Origin: Thermoanaerobaculia bacterium
Lineage (GTDB): Bacteria; Acidobacteriota; Thermoanaerobaculia; Multivoradales; UBA5704
Length of the DNA stretch: 64,000 nucleotides
Assembly: GCA_044226625.1 (NCBI GenBank)
Contig: JBGAGQ010000002.1
Location: 128,001 to 192,000 of the forward strand
Reading direction: 5' to 3'
Numbering within the stretch: position 1 is the first letter of the stretch; each line of letters begins with the position of its first letter. The position numbers and the translations under genes were made by a program. The notes under the pieces were generated by a model. That model saw only the letters and a list, made by a program, of their open reading frames with translations. It was not told the origin of the DNA and did no database searches. Below, in pieces: positions 29,217-38,549 of the stretch.

Positions 29217-30601
29217 ACGAGATTACCGATCATCCGAGCCGAGAGGTTCTGGAGCGGTTCCTCTTGGCGCAGCTTCCAGCCTCCGAAAGCCGTCGTGTTT
29301 TACGGCATCTATTGTCCGGCTGCCTGGAGTGCCAGCGCGAGGCGGGCGCCGCGTGGAAAAACACGCAGCCGAGCACGACCTCGCTGCCCATCGACCCAGC
29401 TCTCGACGCCCGATACGACGAGGTTCTCGATCGAGTCTTTCGGCGGGTGGAGCGGGTGGAGCAGCAGCTTGCCCGCGAGCGAGCGCAAGCGCAGGAGCTG
29501 CTCGCGCAGCTCGAGCCGCATCCCATTCAGCGGCAGCGACTCATGCTGCGCAACAGCTCTAAGTTCAAGAATCGTGCGCTTTGCGAACAGATGATCAAGG
29601 CCAGCCACGACCGAGGCTTCAAGGATCCGGCTCGCTCTCTGGAGCTGGCCGAGCTGGCGATCGAGATTTCGCAGTCGGTGCCCGACGACGCGAAGGACGC
29701 CGACCCCAGGCGCCACCTGGAGAGCCGTGCTTGGGCGCAGGCGGGCAACGCGAACCGAATTCTCGGCAATCACGATGTCGCCGAGCGCTGTTTCGTCAGC
29801 GCCGAAGATCTGCTCGCCGATTCCGCCGGCATTGGCATCTTCGACGAGGCGCGCCTGTTCAGCCTCAAAGCTTCTCTACGCCGCGATCAGCGGAGGTGGA
29901 GCGAGTCGCTGGAGTTGTTCGATCGGTCGATCTCGATCTATCAGAGCCTGGGCCAAAGGCACTTGCTCGGGCGAACCTATGCTCAGAAGGCGACCGTCAT
30001 CTCCGAGGTCGGGGATTTCGTCTCCTCGATCTCCATCTTGCGCCGCGCGCTGGAGCTGCTCGATCCCAAGGAGGAACCGCGCATCTTCCTCGCCGCCCGC
30101 CACAACCTGATCTGGGCGCTCTGCGAAAGCGAGCGCTACCGGGAAGCCTTCGCCTTGCTTTTCCATACCCGCCCGTTCTACCTCCAGGCGGGGGATCGGA
30201 TGAACCTGCTAAGGATGAGGTGGCTCGAGGGGCAGGTTGCCGCGGGCCTTGGCCGTCTGGAGCAAGCCGAGGTAGCGTTTCTCGAAGTTCGCCGCTCGTT
30301 CGCCGAGCTCTCGCTCGACTATGACGGCGCGCTCGTTTCGCTCGATCTAGCCGGCCTGCTCGCGCGCCAGGGCCGCGCGGCCGAAGTCCAGCACATCGCC
30401 GAGGAAGTGCTCACCATCTTCGTCGCTCGGTCGATCCACCGCGAGGCGATCGCGGCCATCGCCTTGCTCAAGCTAGCTGCCGACCAGCAGCGCGCCGAGG
30501 TGGCCTTGGTACGGCAGGTGTCCTCGTTCCTGCGCCGCTCTCGGAGCAACCCCGACTTGGTCTTCGAGGTCGGCGACGAAGCGACGTCCGAGGCGAGCTA
30601 G
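29213..30601 (+). CDS. Soluble zinc-finger anti-sigma-like domain fused to TPR repeats (paralog 2)
   Basis: HPS...HLLSGCLEC; shares GFKDP, HNLI, GDRMNLLR-x-RWLE, LDLA and HREA with paralog 1; ATGA overlap with sigma 3. Confidence 0.8.
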   Translation: MNEITDHPSREVLERFLLAQLPASESRRVLRHLLSGCLECQREAGAAWKNTQPSTTSLPIDPALDARYDEVLDRVFRRVERVEQQLARERAQAQELLAQLEPHPIQRQRLMLRNSSKFKNRALCEQMIKASHDRGFKDPARSLELAELAIEISQSVPDDAKDADPRRHLESRAWAQAGNANRILGNHDVAERCFVSAEDLLADSAGIGIFDEARLFSLKASLRRDQRRWSESLELFDRSISIYQSLGQRHLLGRTYAQKATVISEVGDFVSSISILRRALELLDPKEEPRIFLAARHNLIWALCESERYREAFALLFHTRPFYLQAGDRMNLLRMRWLEGQVAAGLGRLEQAEVAFLEVRRSFAELSLDYDGALVSLDLAGLLARQGRAAEVQHIAEEVLTIFVARSIHREAIAAIALLKLAADQQRAEVALVRQVSSFLRRSRSNPDLVFEVGDEATSEAS

Positions 30602-30682
30602 GACCAGATAGGACCCCGCCCCCCGCGGACATCGCACGGGGGCAAAGCCTGAAGCAGGGTAATCCGGCGTTCGAGCGCCGGA

Positions 30683-33088
30683 TTACGTGCGGACTCCCAG
30701 AAACAGATAGCTCGACAGCAGCGAGAAGAGAGCGCTAGGACTCCAGACCGCGGCGGCAGGCGGGATGGCACCGGCTTCGCCGAGCGTCTTGAAAAAGGCG
30801 AAGACGGCAAGGAAGACGATCCCCAGAACGATGGAGACACCGATCCCATAGAGAGTTCCCTGGCGGCCGATCCGAAAGGCGAAAGGCAGAGCCACGACCG
30901 CCATGATCAAGGAGATCACCGGGAAGGCAAGCTTGTTGTAGAGCTGAACTTCGAGCTCGGGTACGGCTTGGCCACTCCCTTTAAGCTCCCGGATGTACGA
31001 TCGCAGCTCGCCGTAGGTCATCTGCTCGGGCGGCCGAATCTCGGCGTCGAAGTACTCGGGTGTCTCGGGAAAGGCGACGGTCCGCTTGCCCCGGAAGCGG
31101 GTGTAGTTTGCAACGCTGCCGTGCGAGAGGATGCGCGCCCACCCGTTTTCGAAGACCCAATTACCATGGCCGGCGTAGGTCGCGTTCTCGGCATAGAGGC
31201 GCCGGACCATCTCGTGATTCGAGTCGAAGTCGAAGACGTGCAACCGCTGGAGGGTGTGGCTTCGCGGGTCGTAGTAGGAGTAGTTGTAAATGAAGCGCCC
31301 GTGACCGAACAGCCACTGGCGGTCGGCGCGCCGATAGGTTCGCACGGTCTCCTTGCCGTTGATCTTGTCGCGCATTTGGGCCACGCGCTCGTTGGAGGCC
31401 GGAAGGACCTGGGTCTCCAAATAGGCACAAAACGAGGAGATGACCAGCGCCGAGACGATGACCGGCAGGGCCAGCCGATAGAGGCTCACCCCGAGCGCCT
31501 TGGCGGCCGTGACTTCGTTGGTGCGCGACAGGAGGCTGAAGGTCATCAACGTCGTCACCAGGATCACGACGGGTGCGATGTCGTAGAAGATCTGGAGCGA
31601 CATGTACTTGTAGTAGGAGAAGACCAGGCCCTTGGCGATCTTGTTCTTCAGAATCTCGTCGATCCTCTCGGTCAGGTCGGCGATCACGTAGAGCGAGATG
31701 CCGGACGCGGTCACGATCGAGAGCACGATCAGGAAGATTCGGACCACATACCGATCGATCAGGTTTGGGAAGAGCAGGCGAAGGCGGGGAATGCGTAGGA
31801 CCACGCCGCGATCGTCGACGCTCCTCGCGGTGGCCACGCCCGCCCGCCCGCCAAGGGCTTCCTCGGGAAGCAGGGGAGCGGCCGACACCGGGCGCTTTCG
31901 AAGCGAGCGGATACGCAGGATTCCCCCCCAGACGTCACGCCGGATCCAACGATCGAAACGAGAGAACAGCAGGCTCTTGTCGCGGTTCCTGCGGATGAGG
32001 AGAAAAATGCCGACGGCGGTCAGGATCAGGTTCGGGCTCCACATGGCGACCCAGCCCGGGATCCGGCCGTAACGTGCGGCCTCCTCGCCGTTGAACAGCA
32101 GGATGTAATAGAAGGCGAGGACGGCGATCGACATCGCGAAGCCGGAGCCCTTCCCGCCGCGCCGGTTGTTGATCCCCAGCGGCAACGCGATAAAGGCGAA
32201 CGCCAGGCACGCCGCGGGAATCGAGAACTTCTTGTGGGTCTCGACCCGAGCGAGATTCCGCTGTTCGTCCGCGGCGCTCCGATCGCGGGCGAGGCGGGAC
32301 AGCTCTTTGAGCGTCAGCTCCCGGACCCCCTTCGAGACCGCCCATTTGGCCCGCTGGTTGGTCATGAACTGGTCTTCCAGGATCAGCTCGAGCTTCTTGT
32401 TCCGGCTTACCTCGAAGCGGGTAGGGGAGGACAGGTTTACTTTCTGCCGCGTGGCGTTGGTGAGCTCCAGCACGACCCGCTCGCCCTGCTGGTCGACCTT
32501 CACCTCACCCCACTCGGCGGTCGTCACCTGGTTGTCTTCGGAGCCCGAGCCGGCTTCGGCGATGAAGACCCCTTTCCATCTCGATTCGTTCGCCGGAGCC
32601 TCGAAGACATAGAGGACCTTGCCTTGCCAGTCCTCGGAGAAGATCCGCGGCTGCACCTGCTGGGACACGCTCCGGGTCAGGATCTCGAGGCGGATCTGTT
32701 GGAGCGAGTGGTTGCCCCAAGGCAAGGCGTAGATCATCAGCACGATGTTGATTGCCGTGAGCAGGCCCGCGAGCGTGAGAATCGGTCGGTAAAGTCGGGA
32801 CAGGCCGATGCCGCTCGCCCGAATCGCCACGAGCTCGCTGTCCGATGCCAGGCGGCCGACCGCGATCAAGATCCCGAAAAGGAGCGACATCGGGATCGTA
32901 AGCACGACGATGTTCGGCAGGGTCACGAGCAACAGCTCGCCAACCGTCGACCAAGGGAGGCCGCGCCGGATGATCATGTCCGCGGACTGGAACAGGAACC
33001 GGAGCAGAAGGATGAACGTGTAGACTAGAAAACCGAGGACGAGAGGCCCGAGGATTTCCCTCAGAACGTAGCGATCGAGGCGGCGCAC
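30683..33088 (-). CDS. lptFG: Fused LptF-LptG LPS export permease
   Basis: Two YjgP/YjgQ units: LDRYVLRE...DSELVAIRASG and LIDRYVVR...NEVTAAKALG. GTG 33088 lies 7 nt after TATAAT. Confidence 0.92.
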   Translation of the reverse strand: MRRLDRYVLREILGPLVLGFLVYTFILLLRFLFQSADMIIRRGLPWSTVGELLLVTLPNIVVLTIPMSLLFGILIAVGRLASDSELVAIRASGIGLSRLYRPILTLAGLLTAINIVLMIYALPWGNHSLQQIRLEILTRSVSQQVQPRIFSEDWQGKVLYVFEAPANESRWKGVFIAEAGSGSEDNQVTTAEWGEVKVDQQGERVVLELTNATRQKVNLSSPTRFEVSRNKKLELILEDQFMTNQRAKWAVSKGVRELTLKELSRLARDRSAADEQRNLARVETHKKFSIPAACLAFAFIALPLGINNRRGGKGSGFAMSIAVLAFYYILLFNGEEAARYGRIPGWVAMWSPNLILTAVGIFLLIRRNRDKSLLFSRFDRWIRRDVWGGILRIRSLRKRPVSAAPLLPEEALGGRAGVATARSVDDRGVVLRIPRLRLLFPNLIDRYVVRIFLIVLSIVTASGISLYVIADLTERIDEILKNKIAKGLVFSYYKYMSLQIFYDIAPVVILVTTLMTFSLLSRTNEVTAAKALGVSLYRLALPVIVSALVISSFCAYLETQVLPASNERVAQMRDKINGKETVRTYRRADRQWLFGHGRFIYNYSYYDPRSHTLQRLHVFDFDSNHEMVRRLYAENATYAGHGNWVFENGWARILSHGSVANYTRFRGKRTVAFPETPEYFDAEIRPPEQMTYGELRSYIRELKGSGQAVPELEVQLYNKLAFPVISLIMAVVALPFAFRIGRQGTLYGIGVSIVLGIVFLAVFAFFKTLGEAGAIPPAAAVWSPSALFSLLSSYLFLGVRT

Positions 33089-33234
33089 GCCGGGCATTAT
33101 ACGGGCTCGATGGGACCGAAGGTGGCCTCGCGCCGTCTCGCTGTGATGCTCCCGAGACGACCGGGCTCACAGAATCGTTCCCAGCGCGCGCCCTACCGAT
33201 CTCGCCAGCAACCAACAAGGAGGTTCCTCCCGCG

Positions 33235-33654
33235 ATGGCCATCCGTCTCGAACGACGCTTCCGTTTCAGCGCGAGCCACCTTTATCGCCGCCCCGATTGG
33301 TCCGAGGAGGAAAACCGCGAGCGTTTCGGTAAGTGCGCGAACCTCCCGGGACACGGCCACAACTACAAGCTCTACGTCACGGTTGAGGGGCCGGTCGACC
33401 CGCGGTCCGGTTTCGTGCTTGATCTCGGCGCGCTCGACCGGGTCGTCCAGAAGACGGTGGTGGACGTCCTGGACCACCAACACCTGAACTTCGCGCTGCC
33501 GGAGTTCGGCGAAGGAGGGGAGATTCCTTCCAGTGAGAACTTGCTCTTGTGGATCTCACGGAGACTCGAGGTCGAGATTCCGTCGGGAGCGATTCTCGCG
33601 AGACTACGTCTGGAGGAAGACGAGGATCTCGCCGCGGAATGGGAACCCTCCTGA
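33235..33654 (+). CDS. queD: 6-carboxytetrahydropterin synthase / PTPS family
   Basis: FSASH, CANLPGHGHNY, LDHQHLN and SSENL motifs. Confidence 0.9.
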   Translation: MAIRLERRFRFSASHLYRRPDWSEEENRERFGKCANLPGHGHNYKLYVTVEGPVDPRSGFVLDLGALDRVVQKTVVDVLDHQHLNFALPEFGEGGEIPSSENLLLWISRRLEVEIPSGAILARLRLEEDEDLAAEWEPS

Positions 33655-33720
33655 GCCAACCAACGCGCAGAGACAATCATCCGGATCCGATTCGGGCCAG
33701 CGATCACTTACCGCGATGCA

Positions 33721-33748
33721 GGTTCACATAATCGATCTTATCGGGATA
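33721..33748 (-). other. dif: dif-like XerC/XerD recombination site
   Basis: Minus strand TATCCCGATAA-GATCGA-TTATGTGAACC has the 11-6-11 dif layout; intergenic; gene orientation converges on it. Confidence 0.75.
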
Positions 33749-33967
33749 AATACTGCGGGTGATTGCCGGCCGCTAGGCGACGCGTCTTCGGGTCTAGCCG
33801 AAGGTCGCCCAACGTTCAGTCCACTGAGTCCACGCGCTGCCGTTCTAGGATTCGGAACTCGGCGAATACCGTCCTGCCCACTTCGCCTCTGCCGGCCGGC
33901 CATCTGACAGCCGATCGGGGCCGGCCCTTAGCTGGGTACCTTGCCGGGCCCCGGAGTGGACAAACCG

Positions 33968-33990
33968 CCGACGCTCCTTGCGGAGCGCCG
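33968..33990 (-). terminator. Hairpin after parB
   Basis: CGGCGCTCC-GCAA-GGAGCGTCG immediately after the stop codon. Confidence 0.55.
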
Positions 33991-34869
33991 CTAACTTTTC
34001 TTCTGGGTGTTTCGAAGATCGACCAGGATCTGTTCCAGAGCCCGAATCAGATCCCCGCGTTCGACTTCGGACTGGCGGAACGTCAAGGCGAGACTGAACG
34101 TCTTGTCCGGCGCGCGGAACTTGAAGATGTATGGCTTTCTCCGAGATGGCCGCCCTTTTTCCTTCCGCAGGCGCCGACGCAGGTCGTCACGGCTGAGACC
34201 CTGCCGAGAGACCTGCTCGAGCATCTGGATCATCTCGGCCTCATCGCCGGCCTTCAGCACTTCGAGCAGGAGCGACTTTGACTGAATCCCAAGGGCTTGG
34301 ACGGTATCGCGGACGCTCGCCGGCATTTGGAGGAGCGAGAGACTCTCTGTGATTACCGTTCGAGACTTCCCGACCGCCTCCGAGATCTCTTCGTGGGTGT
34401 AGTCGTGCAGCTCGGCCAAGGCCCGATAGCCTTCGGCTTCTTCAAACGGCGTGAGGTCCTTCCGCTGGAGATTCTCGATGAGGGCGATCTCGAGAGCCTC
34501 ATCCTCGGAGACGTCCATCTCGATAATCGGGACCTCGTAGAGGCCGGCCTGTTGGGCCGCGCGGTAGCGCCGTTCCCCCGAAATGATCCGGTACAGCGGA
34601 CCGTTCGGTGCATCGAGTGCCGCGCTCCGGCGAGGACGGACGAGGATCGGCTCGAGGACCCCTTTTTCCCGGATCGAAGCCGCCAAGTCATCGAGATCGC
34701 CCATGACCGAGCGGGGCTGTTTCGGATCCGTCTCGATCGCAGACAAGGGGGCCATCTTCCCCACCGGCGTTTCGTGACGAACCGCGAGCTCCTCCACGAA
34801 GTGGGTGTCGTGGCGCATCTTCACCCGCAGAGGTAGGCCGCGTTTCCGATCGGTTACAGGCTCAGACAC
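33991..34869 (-). CDS. parB: ParB/Spo0J family protein
   Basis: QPR, GVLEPILVR, ISGERRYRAA, ALIENLQRKDL motifs and an HTH. Confidence 0.93.
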   Translation of the reverse strand: MSEPVTDRKRGLPLRVKMRHDTHFVEELAVRHETPVGKMAPLSAIETDPKQPRSVMGDLDDLAASIREKGVLEPILVRPRRSAALDAPNGPLYRIISGERRYRAAQQAGLYEVPIIEMDVSEDEALEIALIENLQRKDLTPFEEAEGYRALAELHDYTHEEISEAVGKSRTVITESLSLLQMPASVRDTVQALGIQSKSLLLEVLKAGDEAEMIQMLEQVSRQGLSRDDLRRRLRKEKGRPSRRKPYIFKFRAPDKTFSLALTFRQSEVERGDLIRALEQILVDLRNTQKKS

Positions 34870-35620
34870 GACTCAAGACCTCCTCGGAAAGGCGGTAGTA
34901 CTCGTAGGCCCCCGTCGACTTGGGAGCGAACGTGAAGATCGATTCGCGGTAGGCGGGACTCTCCTCCAGCCTTACGCTTTTGGTGATGACGGTCTCGAAC
35001 ACCTTGAGACCGAACACTCGCTGGATCTGCTCGTGGATGTCCTTTGCGAGCAGGGTTCGCTTGTCGTAGAGCGTGATGAGCGCTCCTAGGATCTGCAGCT
35101 CCGGGTTCGCCCGTTGCTTGATCTTGTCGATCGTTTCGAGCAAGTCATCCGTTCCCTCGAGGGCGAAGTAGCTCGCTTGGATCGGCACCAGTACGTGCGT
35201 TGCGGCCACCAACGCGTTGACAGTGATGATGCCTAGGGTGGGCGGCGTGTCGATGATCATGTACTCGTATTGGTCCTGCACCTTCTGCAGCTTGTCTTTC
35301 AGCCGGTAGTGCCCGTCAATCTCGCCGATCAGCTTCGCTTCGATCTTCGCGAGAGAGATCGCCGATGGAGCCAGCATCAGGTTCGGAATTCGGTCCGCCG
35401 GGCGGACGATGTCCTGAATTTCCCGGTTCGGCTCGGTGAGGACGTCGTAGATCGTTCCCTCGAGGCCATGGACATCGAGGAAGGACATCGAGCTGTTCGC
35501 TTGGGGATCGAGGTCGACGAGCAGGGTGCGCAAGCCCTTGGATGCCAAGGCCGCGGCGAGATTGATGGCGGTGGTCGTCTTTCCGACGCCACCCTTCTGA
35601 TTGGTTATAGCTAGGATCAT
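34862..35620 (-). CDS. parA: ParA/Soj family ATPase
   Basis: NQKGGVGKTTT, DLDPQAN, IDTPP and VRLEESP motifs. Confidence 0.95.
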   Translation of the reverse strand: MILAITNQKGGVGKTTTAINLAAALASKGLRTLLVDLDPQANSSMSFLDVHGLEGTIYDVLTEPNREIQDIVRPADRIPNLMLAPSAISLAKIEAKLIGEIDGHYRLKDKLQKVQDQYEYMIIDTPPTLGIITVNALVAATHVLVPIQASYFALEGTDDLLETIDKIKQRANPELQILGALITLYDKRTLLAKDIHEQIQRVFGLKVFETVITKSVRLEESPAYRESIFTFAPKSTGAYEYYRLSEEVLSRV

Positions 35621-35628
35621 CGCGGCGC

Positions 35629-35657
35629 AGTGTATGGGCTGGGATAGACAGGGTCAA
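35629..35657 (-). promoter_or_regulatory. Near-leaderless sigma70 promoter of parA
   Basis: TTGACC, 17 bp spacer, TACACT; 8 nt before ATG; no SD. Confidence 0.7.
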
Positions 35658-35742
35658 GCTCTCCTCCCGTCTCCCCCACTGCTCCATGTCGGCGCGCCGA
35701 CAATCCATCTAAACGATTGAAAATCAGTGGGTTGGCCGCAGT

Positions 35743-36258
35743 TTACATGGTGTAGCGACCGGGCTCGTTCGGGTTCATCTCCTCAAGGATTCGTCGTATC
35801 CGTTCGGCGTCCTCTTCGGGGTTCTGACTGGCTGCCACCACCTGGGCTTGGTCGAGGACGGATTGCCGCACGAAGATGGGTGCCTCAGCCCGAAGTGCCA
35901 GGGCGATGGCATCGCTCGGACGGGCGTCGACGATTCGGGGGGACTCCGCCGAGCCGATGTGAATCTCCGCGATGAACGTCCCTTCGCGTAGGTCGCTCAC
36001 GACGATGCGGTTCACTTTCGCTCCGAGCTGCTCGCAAACCCTTAGGAGGAGATCGTGCGTCAGAGGACGCGGCGTTTCCATTCCCTCCAACCGCAAAGCG
36101 ATCGCTTGCGCTTCCGCGGCACCGATCCAGATCGGCAGGAAGAGCGTGCGATCGAGATCGCGAAGGATGACGATGGGCACGTTCGAGGAAGCATCGAGCA
36201 TCAGCCCCGTGACGATCATCGGAACGGGATCGGGCCGGGCGTCGTCGTTCTCGCTCAT
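35743..36258 (-). CDS. Bifunctional nuclease domain protein (DUF151)
   Basis: LPIWIG-x-x-EA, PRPLTHDL and DARPSDAIALA motifs. Confidence 0.92.
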   Translation of the reverse strand: MSENDDARPDPVPMIVTGLMLDASSNVPIVILRDLDRTLFLPIWIGAAEAQAIALRLEGMETPRPLTHDLLLRVCEQLGAKVNRIVVSDLREGTFIAEIHIGSAESPRIVDARPSDAIALALRAEAPIFVRQSVLDQAQVVAASQNPEEDAERIRRILEEMNPNEPGRYTM

Positions 36259-36264
36259 GATTCG

Positions 36265-36293
36265 ATTGTGGGCGCGTCGAAAGAGCAGGTCAA
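36265..36293 (-). promoter_or_regulatory. Leaderless sigma70 promoter of the DUF151 gene
   Basis: TTGACC, 17 bp spacer, CACAAT; 6 nt before ATG. Confidence 0.65.
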
Positions 36294-36360
36294 GCCCGGG
36301 CCTGGGAAGGCCCGGTGCTCTTTATCCACGGAAGAATGAAGGAATGGGAAGCGCGGAAAA

Positions 36361-37701
36361 CTACGCGGCGGCGTCGACGAGGCGGCGCGCGGTCAGGCTG
36401 TGGGGAAAGGCGGTTTCGATCTCGACCCAGGTCGTCTGGCCGAGCGGTACCGGAGAGCTCGCGGTCGGAAAGTGGACGATCCGATGGCACGAGGTTCGGC
36501 CCGTCTGCGTGCCCGGCGTCTTTCCCCAGCCGGTCACCAGGATTTCGAATCGGCGGCCGACGAGCTCCTGGTTGAGCTCCCGCTGGATGCGATCCTGTAC
36601 TGCGAAGAGGCGCTGCAAGCGCTCGTTCGCGACGGCGGGATCGACCTTGCCGTCGAGGCGCGGCGCCGCCGTTCCGGGACGCTCCGAGTAGCAGAACGCG
36701 AACACCACGGCAAAGCGGACCTCCTCGACGAGCCGGACGGTCTCAGCGAAGTCTTCCTCGGTCTCTCCGGGAAACCCGACGATGATGTCGGTGGAAAGCG
36801 CGAGATCCTCGCGTGCCGCGCGGAGCTGGCGAACCAGGCCCATGTAGTCCGCGCGGGTATAGCCCCTTCCCATGCGCTTGAGCAGGCGGTCGCTCCCCGA
36901 TTGCACGGGCAGGTGGAGATAGGGACAGATGTTCGGATGGCGCCCGATCTGCTCGACCATCCGCGGTGAGAAATCGCGCGGGTACGAGGTCACGAACCGC
37001 AAGCGCTCCACGCCTGGTTCGGTTGCCACGGCGCCAAGTAGATCCGCGAAATCCTGGCCGCTCTCCGGATCGCGCCAGTGATTTACCGTCTGGCCGAGCA
37101 ACTCGATCTCCCGAAAGCCGAAGTCGATCAGATGGCGAACCTCGGCGAGGATCTCCGGTATGCGCCGGCTGCGTTCGGGCCCTCGCGTTTTCGGGACGAC
37201 GCAGAAAGTGCAGGTCTTGTTACATCCCTCGATGATCGTCACCATCCCTTTGTACTCACCCTGGCGAGAGATGGCATCGAACTCATACGGACGGTCCGCC
37301 GGGAATCCCGTGGCGACCGTCCGCTCCCCCGACCGCGCGGCGGAGACGAGCGCGTTGATCTCGGAGACGCGAGCGGGGCCCATGACGAAATCGAGATCCG
37401 CAACCCGCTTGAGCGCCCGCTCGCCCTCCTGCTGAGCGACGCAGCCACACAAACCGATCACCAGCTCGGATCGCTCCTTCTTGAGCAGCCGATACTCGCC
37501 AAGCCGGGAGTACACCTTCTGCTCCGCCTTCTCACGTACGCTGCACGAGTTGAGAAGGATGACGTCGGCGTCTTCCGGCCGGCGCGTCGGGAGCACACCT
37601 TGTTGCATCAATTGTCCGACCATGCGTTGGCTGTCCAGCTCGTTCATCTGACAACCCCAGGTCTCAACGAAGACCCGTCGCGGCGATCCTTCACTCATCA
37701 C
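36361..37701 (-). CDS. miaB: tRNA-2-methylthio-N6-dimethylallyladenosine synthase
   Basis: TWGCQMN-x-x-DS, NSCSVREKAE, GCVAQ, GCNKTCTFCVVP, HLPVQSG, DIIVGFPGET and a TRAM domain. Confidence 0.96.
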   Translation of the reverse strand: MMSEGSPRRVFVETWGCQMNELDSQRMVGQLMQQGVLPTRRPEDADVILLNSCSVREKAEQKVYSRLGEYRLLKKERSELVIGLCGCVAQQEGERALKRVADLDFVMGPARVSEINALVSAARSGERTVATGFPADRPYEFDAISRQGEYKGMVTIIEGCNKTCTFCVVPKTRGPERSRRIPEILAEVRHLIDFGFREIELLGQTVNHWRDPESGQDFADLLGAVATEPGVERLRFVTSYPRDFSPRMVEQIGRHPNICPYLHLPVQSGSDRLLKRMGRGYTRADYMGLVRQLRAAREDLALSTDIIVGFPGETEEDFAETVRLVEEVRFAVVFAFCYSERPGTAAPRLDGKVDPAVANERLQRLFAVQDRIQRELNQELVGRRFEILVTGWGKTPGTQTGRTSCHRIVHFPTASSPVPLGQTTWVEIETAFPHSLTARRLVDAAA

Positions 37702-38549
37702 ATCTCATCCTTTGGTTTAAGTTCCGGCGGTTCGATCGCCTCGGCGGTGGTCTTCGGCGGAGCGGGCGGTTCTGGCTCAAGCTCTGCGCCCTCGCGCAAC
37801 CAACCGGGCAAGGCCCCTGCACGGCGCCCTTCTTCGAGGAGGTCGTCGAGCTCTTTCTTCGCCGCGTCCGCCCGTTCTTTTGTGAGCCGCAACCGGTCGA
37901 GCGTCCGGTCCCAGCTCGGCTTGATCTCGCCATCCCGGCGGAAGGGATCGGCCTCGGCGTAGAATTTCCTCCGTAGGTCGGCCGCCTGCCGCTCCAAGGT
38001 CACACCTTCGTCGAGCGCATCACGCCACCGCTGGCGAATCGTGCGGGCTCGCCCGCGCCAGTAGCGCTCCTGTTCGAGGGTGGTTGCGTCCGGCGTTTCG
38101 GTCTTCTCCGCCGTTTTCAACTTCGACAAGTCGGCAAAAGTGATCTGCCCCTTCTTCGCAAGGCGGGGCAGATTCTCGTCGGTGATGACCGCCACCGGTT
38201 TGCCGGCTTGGGCTTTCCTCTCTTTCTCCCGCTTCGAGGCTTCGACCAGAGAGGGAGGTCGGTCGGAGTCCGGCTCCCCGGGGTCGATGACGATCAGGGT
38301 CCCATTCCCCGCGGGAGTCGGCGGTTGTGCCGCTTCAGGCGCCTGAGTTTGGTTTGCCGAACCGGGGGGCGCCGGTTCGGCGGTCGATGTCTCCGGGCTG
38401 TTCGGCTTCTTTGCAGCAGTTTGTGGCGGGGGGAGCTTCGGGGTACAAGCGGCGGTCCCTACGAGGGCGAGACCGACCCAACCGAGGACGAGCGAGGCGC
38501 GGGGCGTCGTGCCGAATCGACGTCGTAGGGAGCGGTCAAGTGCGGCCAT
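37698..38549 (-). CDS. Hypothetical lipoprotein with coiled coil
   Basis: Hydrophobic stretch plus TAAC lipobox; VITDENL, E-x-YWR and GRRAGALPGWLR. Confidence 0.7.
   Translation of the reverse strand: MAALDRSLRRRFGTTPRASLVLGWVGLALVGTAACTPKLPPPQTAAKKPNSPETSTAEPAPPGSANQTQAPEAAQPPTPAGNGTLIVIDPGEPDSDRPPSLVEASKREKERKAQAGKPVAVITDENLPRLAKKGQITFADLSKLKTAEKTETPDATTLEQERYWRGRARTIRQRWRDALDEGVTLERQAADLRRKFYAEADPFRRDGEIKPSWDRTLDRLRLTKERADAAKKELDDLLEEGRRAGALPGWLREGAELEPEPPAPPKTTAEAIEPPELKPKDEM

Noticed and set aside
33991-35620. Plasmid or prophage partition cassette
   Set aside because: Soj-type ParA without an N-terminal HTH, flanked by housekeeping genes, with no rep, phage or integrase genes.
36280-36323. 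Possible ncRNA between miaB and the DUF151 gene
   Set aside because: A single hairpin, explained as a miaB terminator overlapping the downstream promoter.
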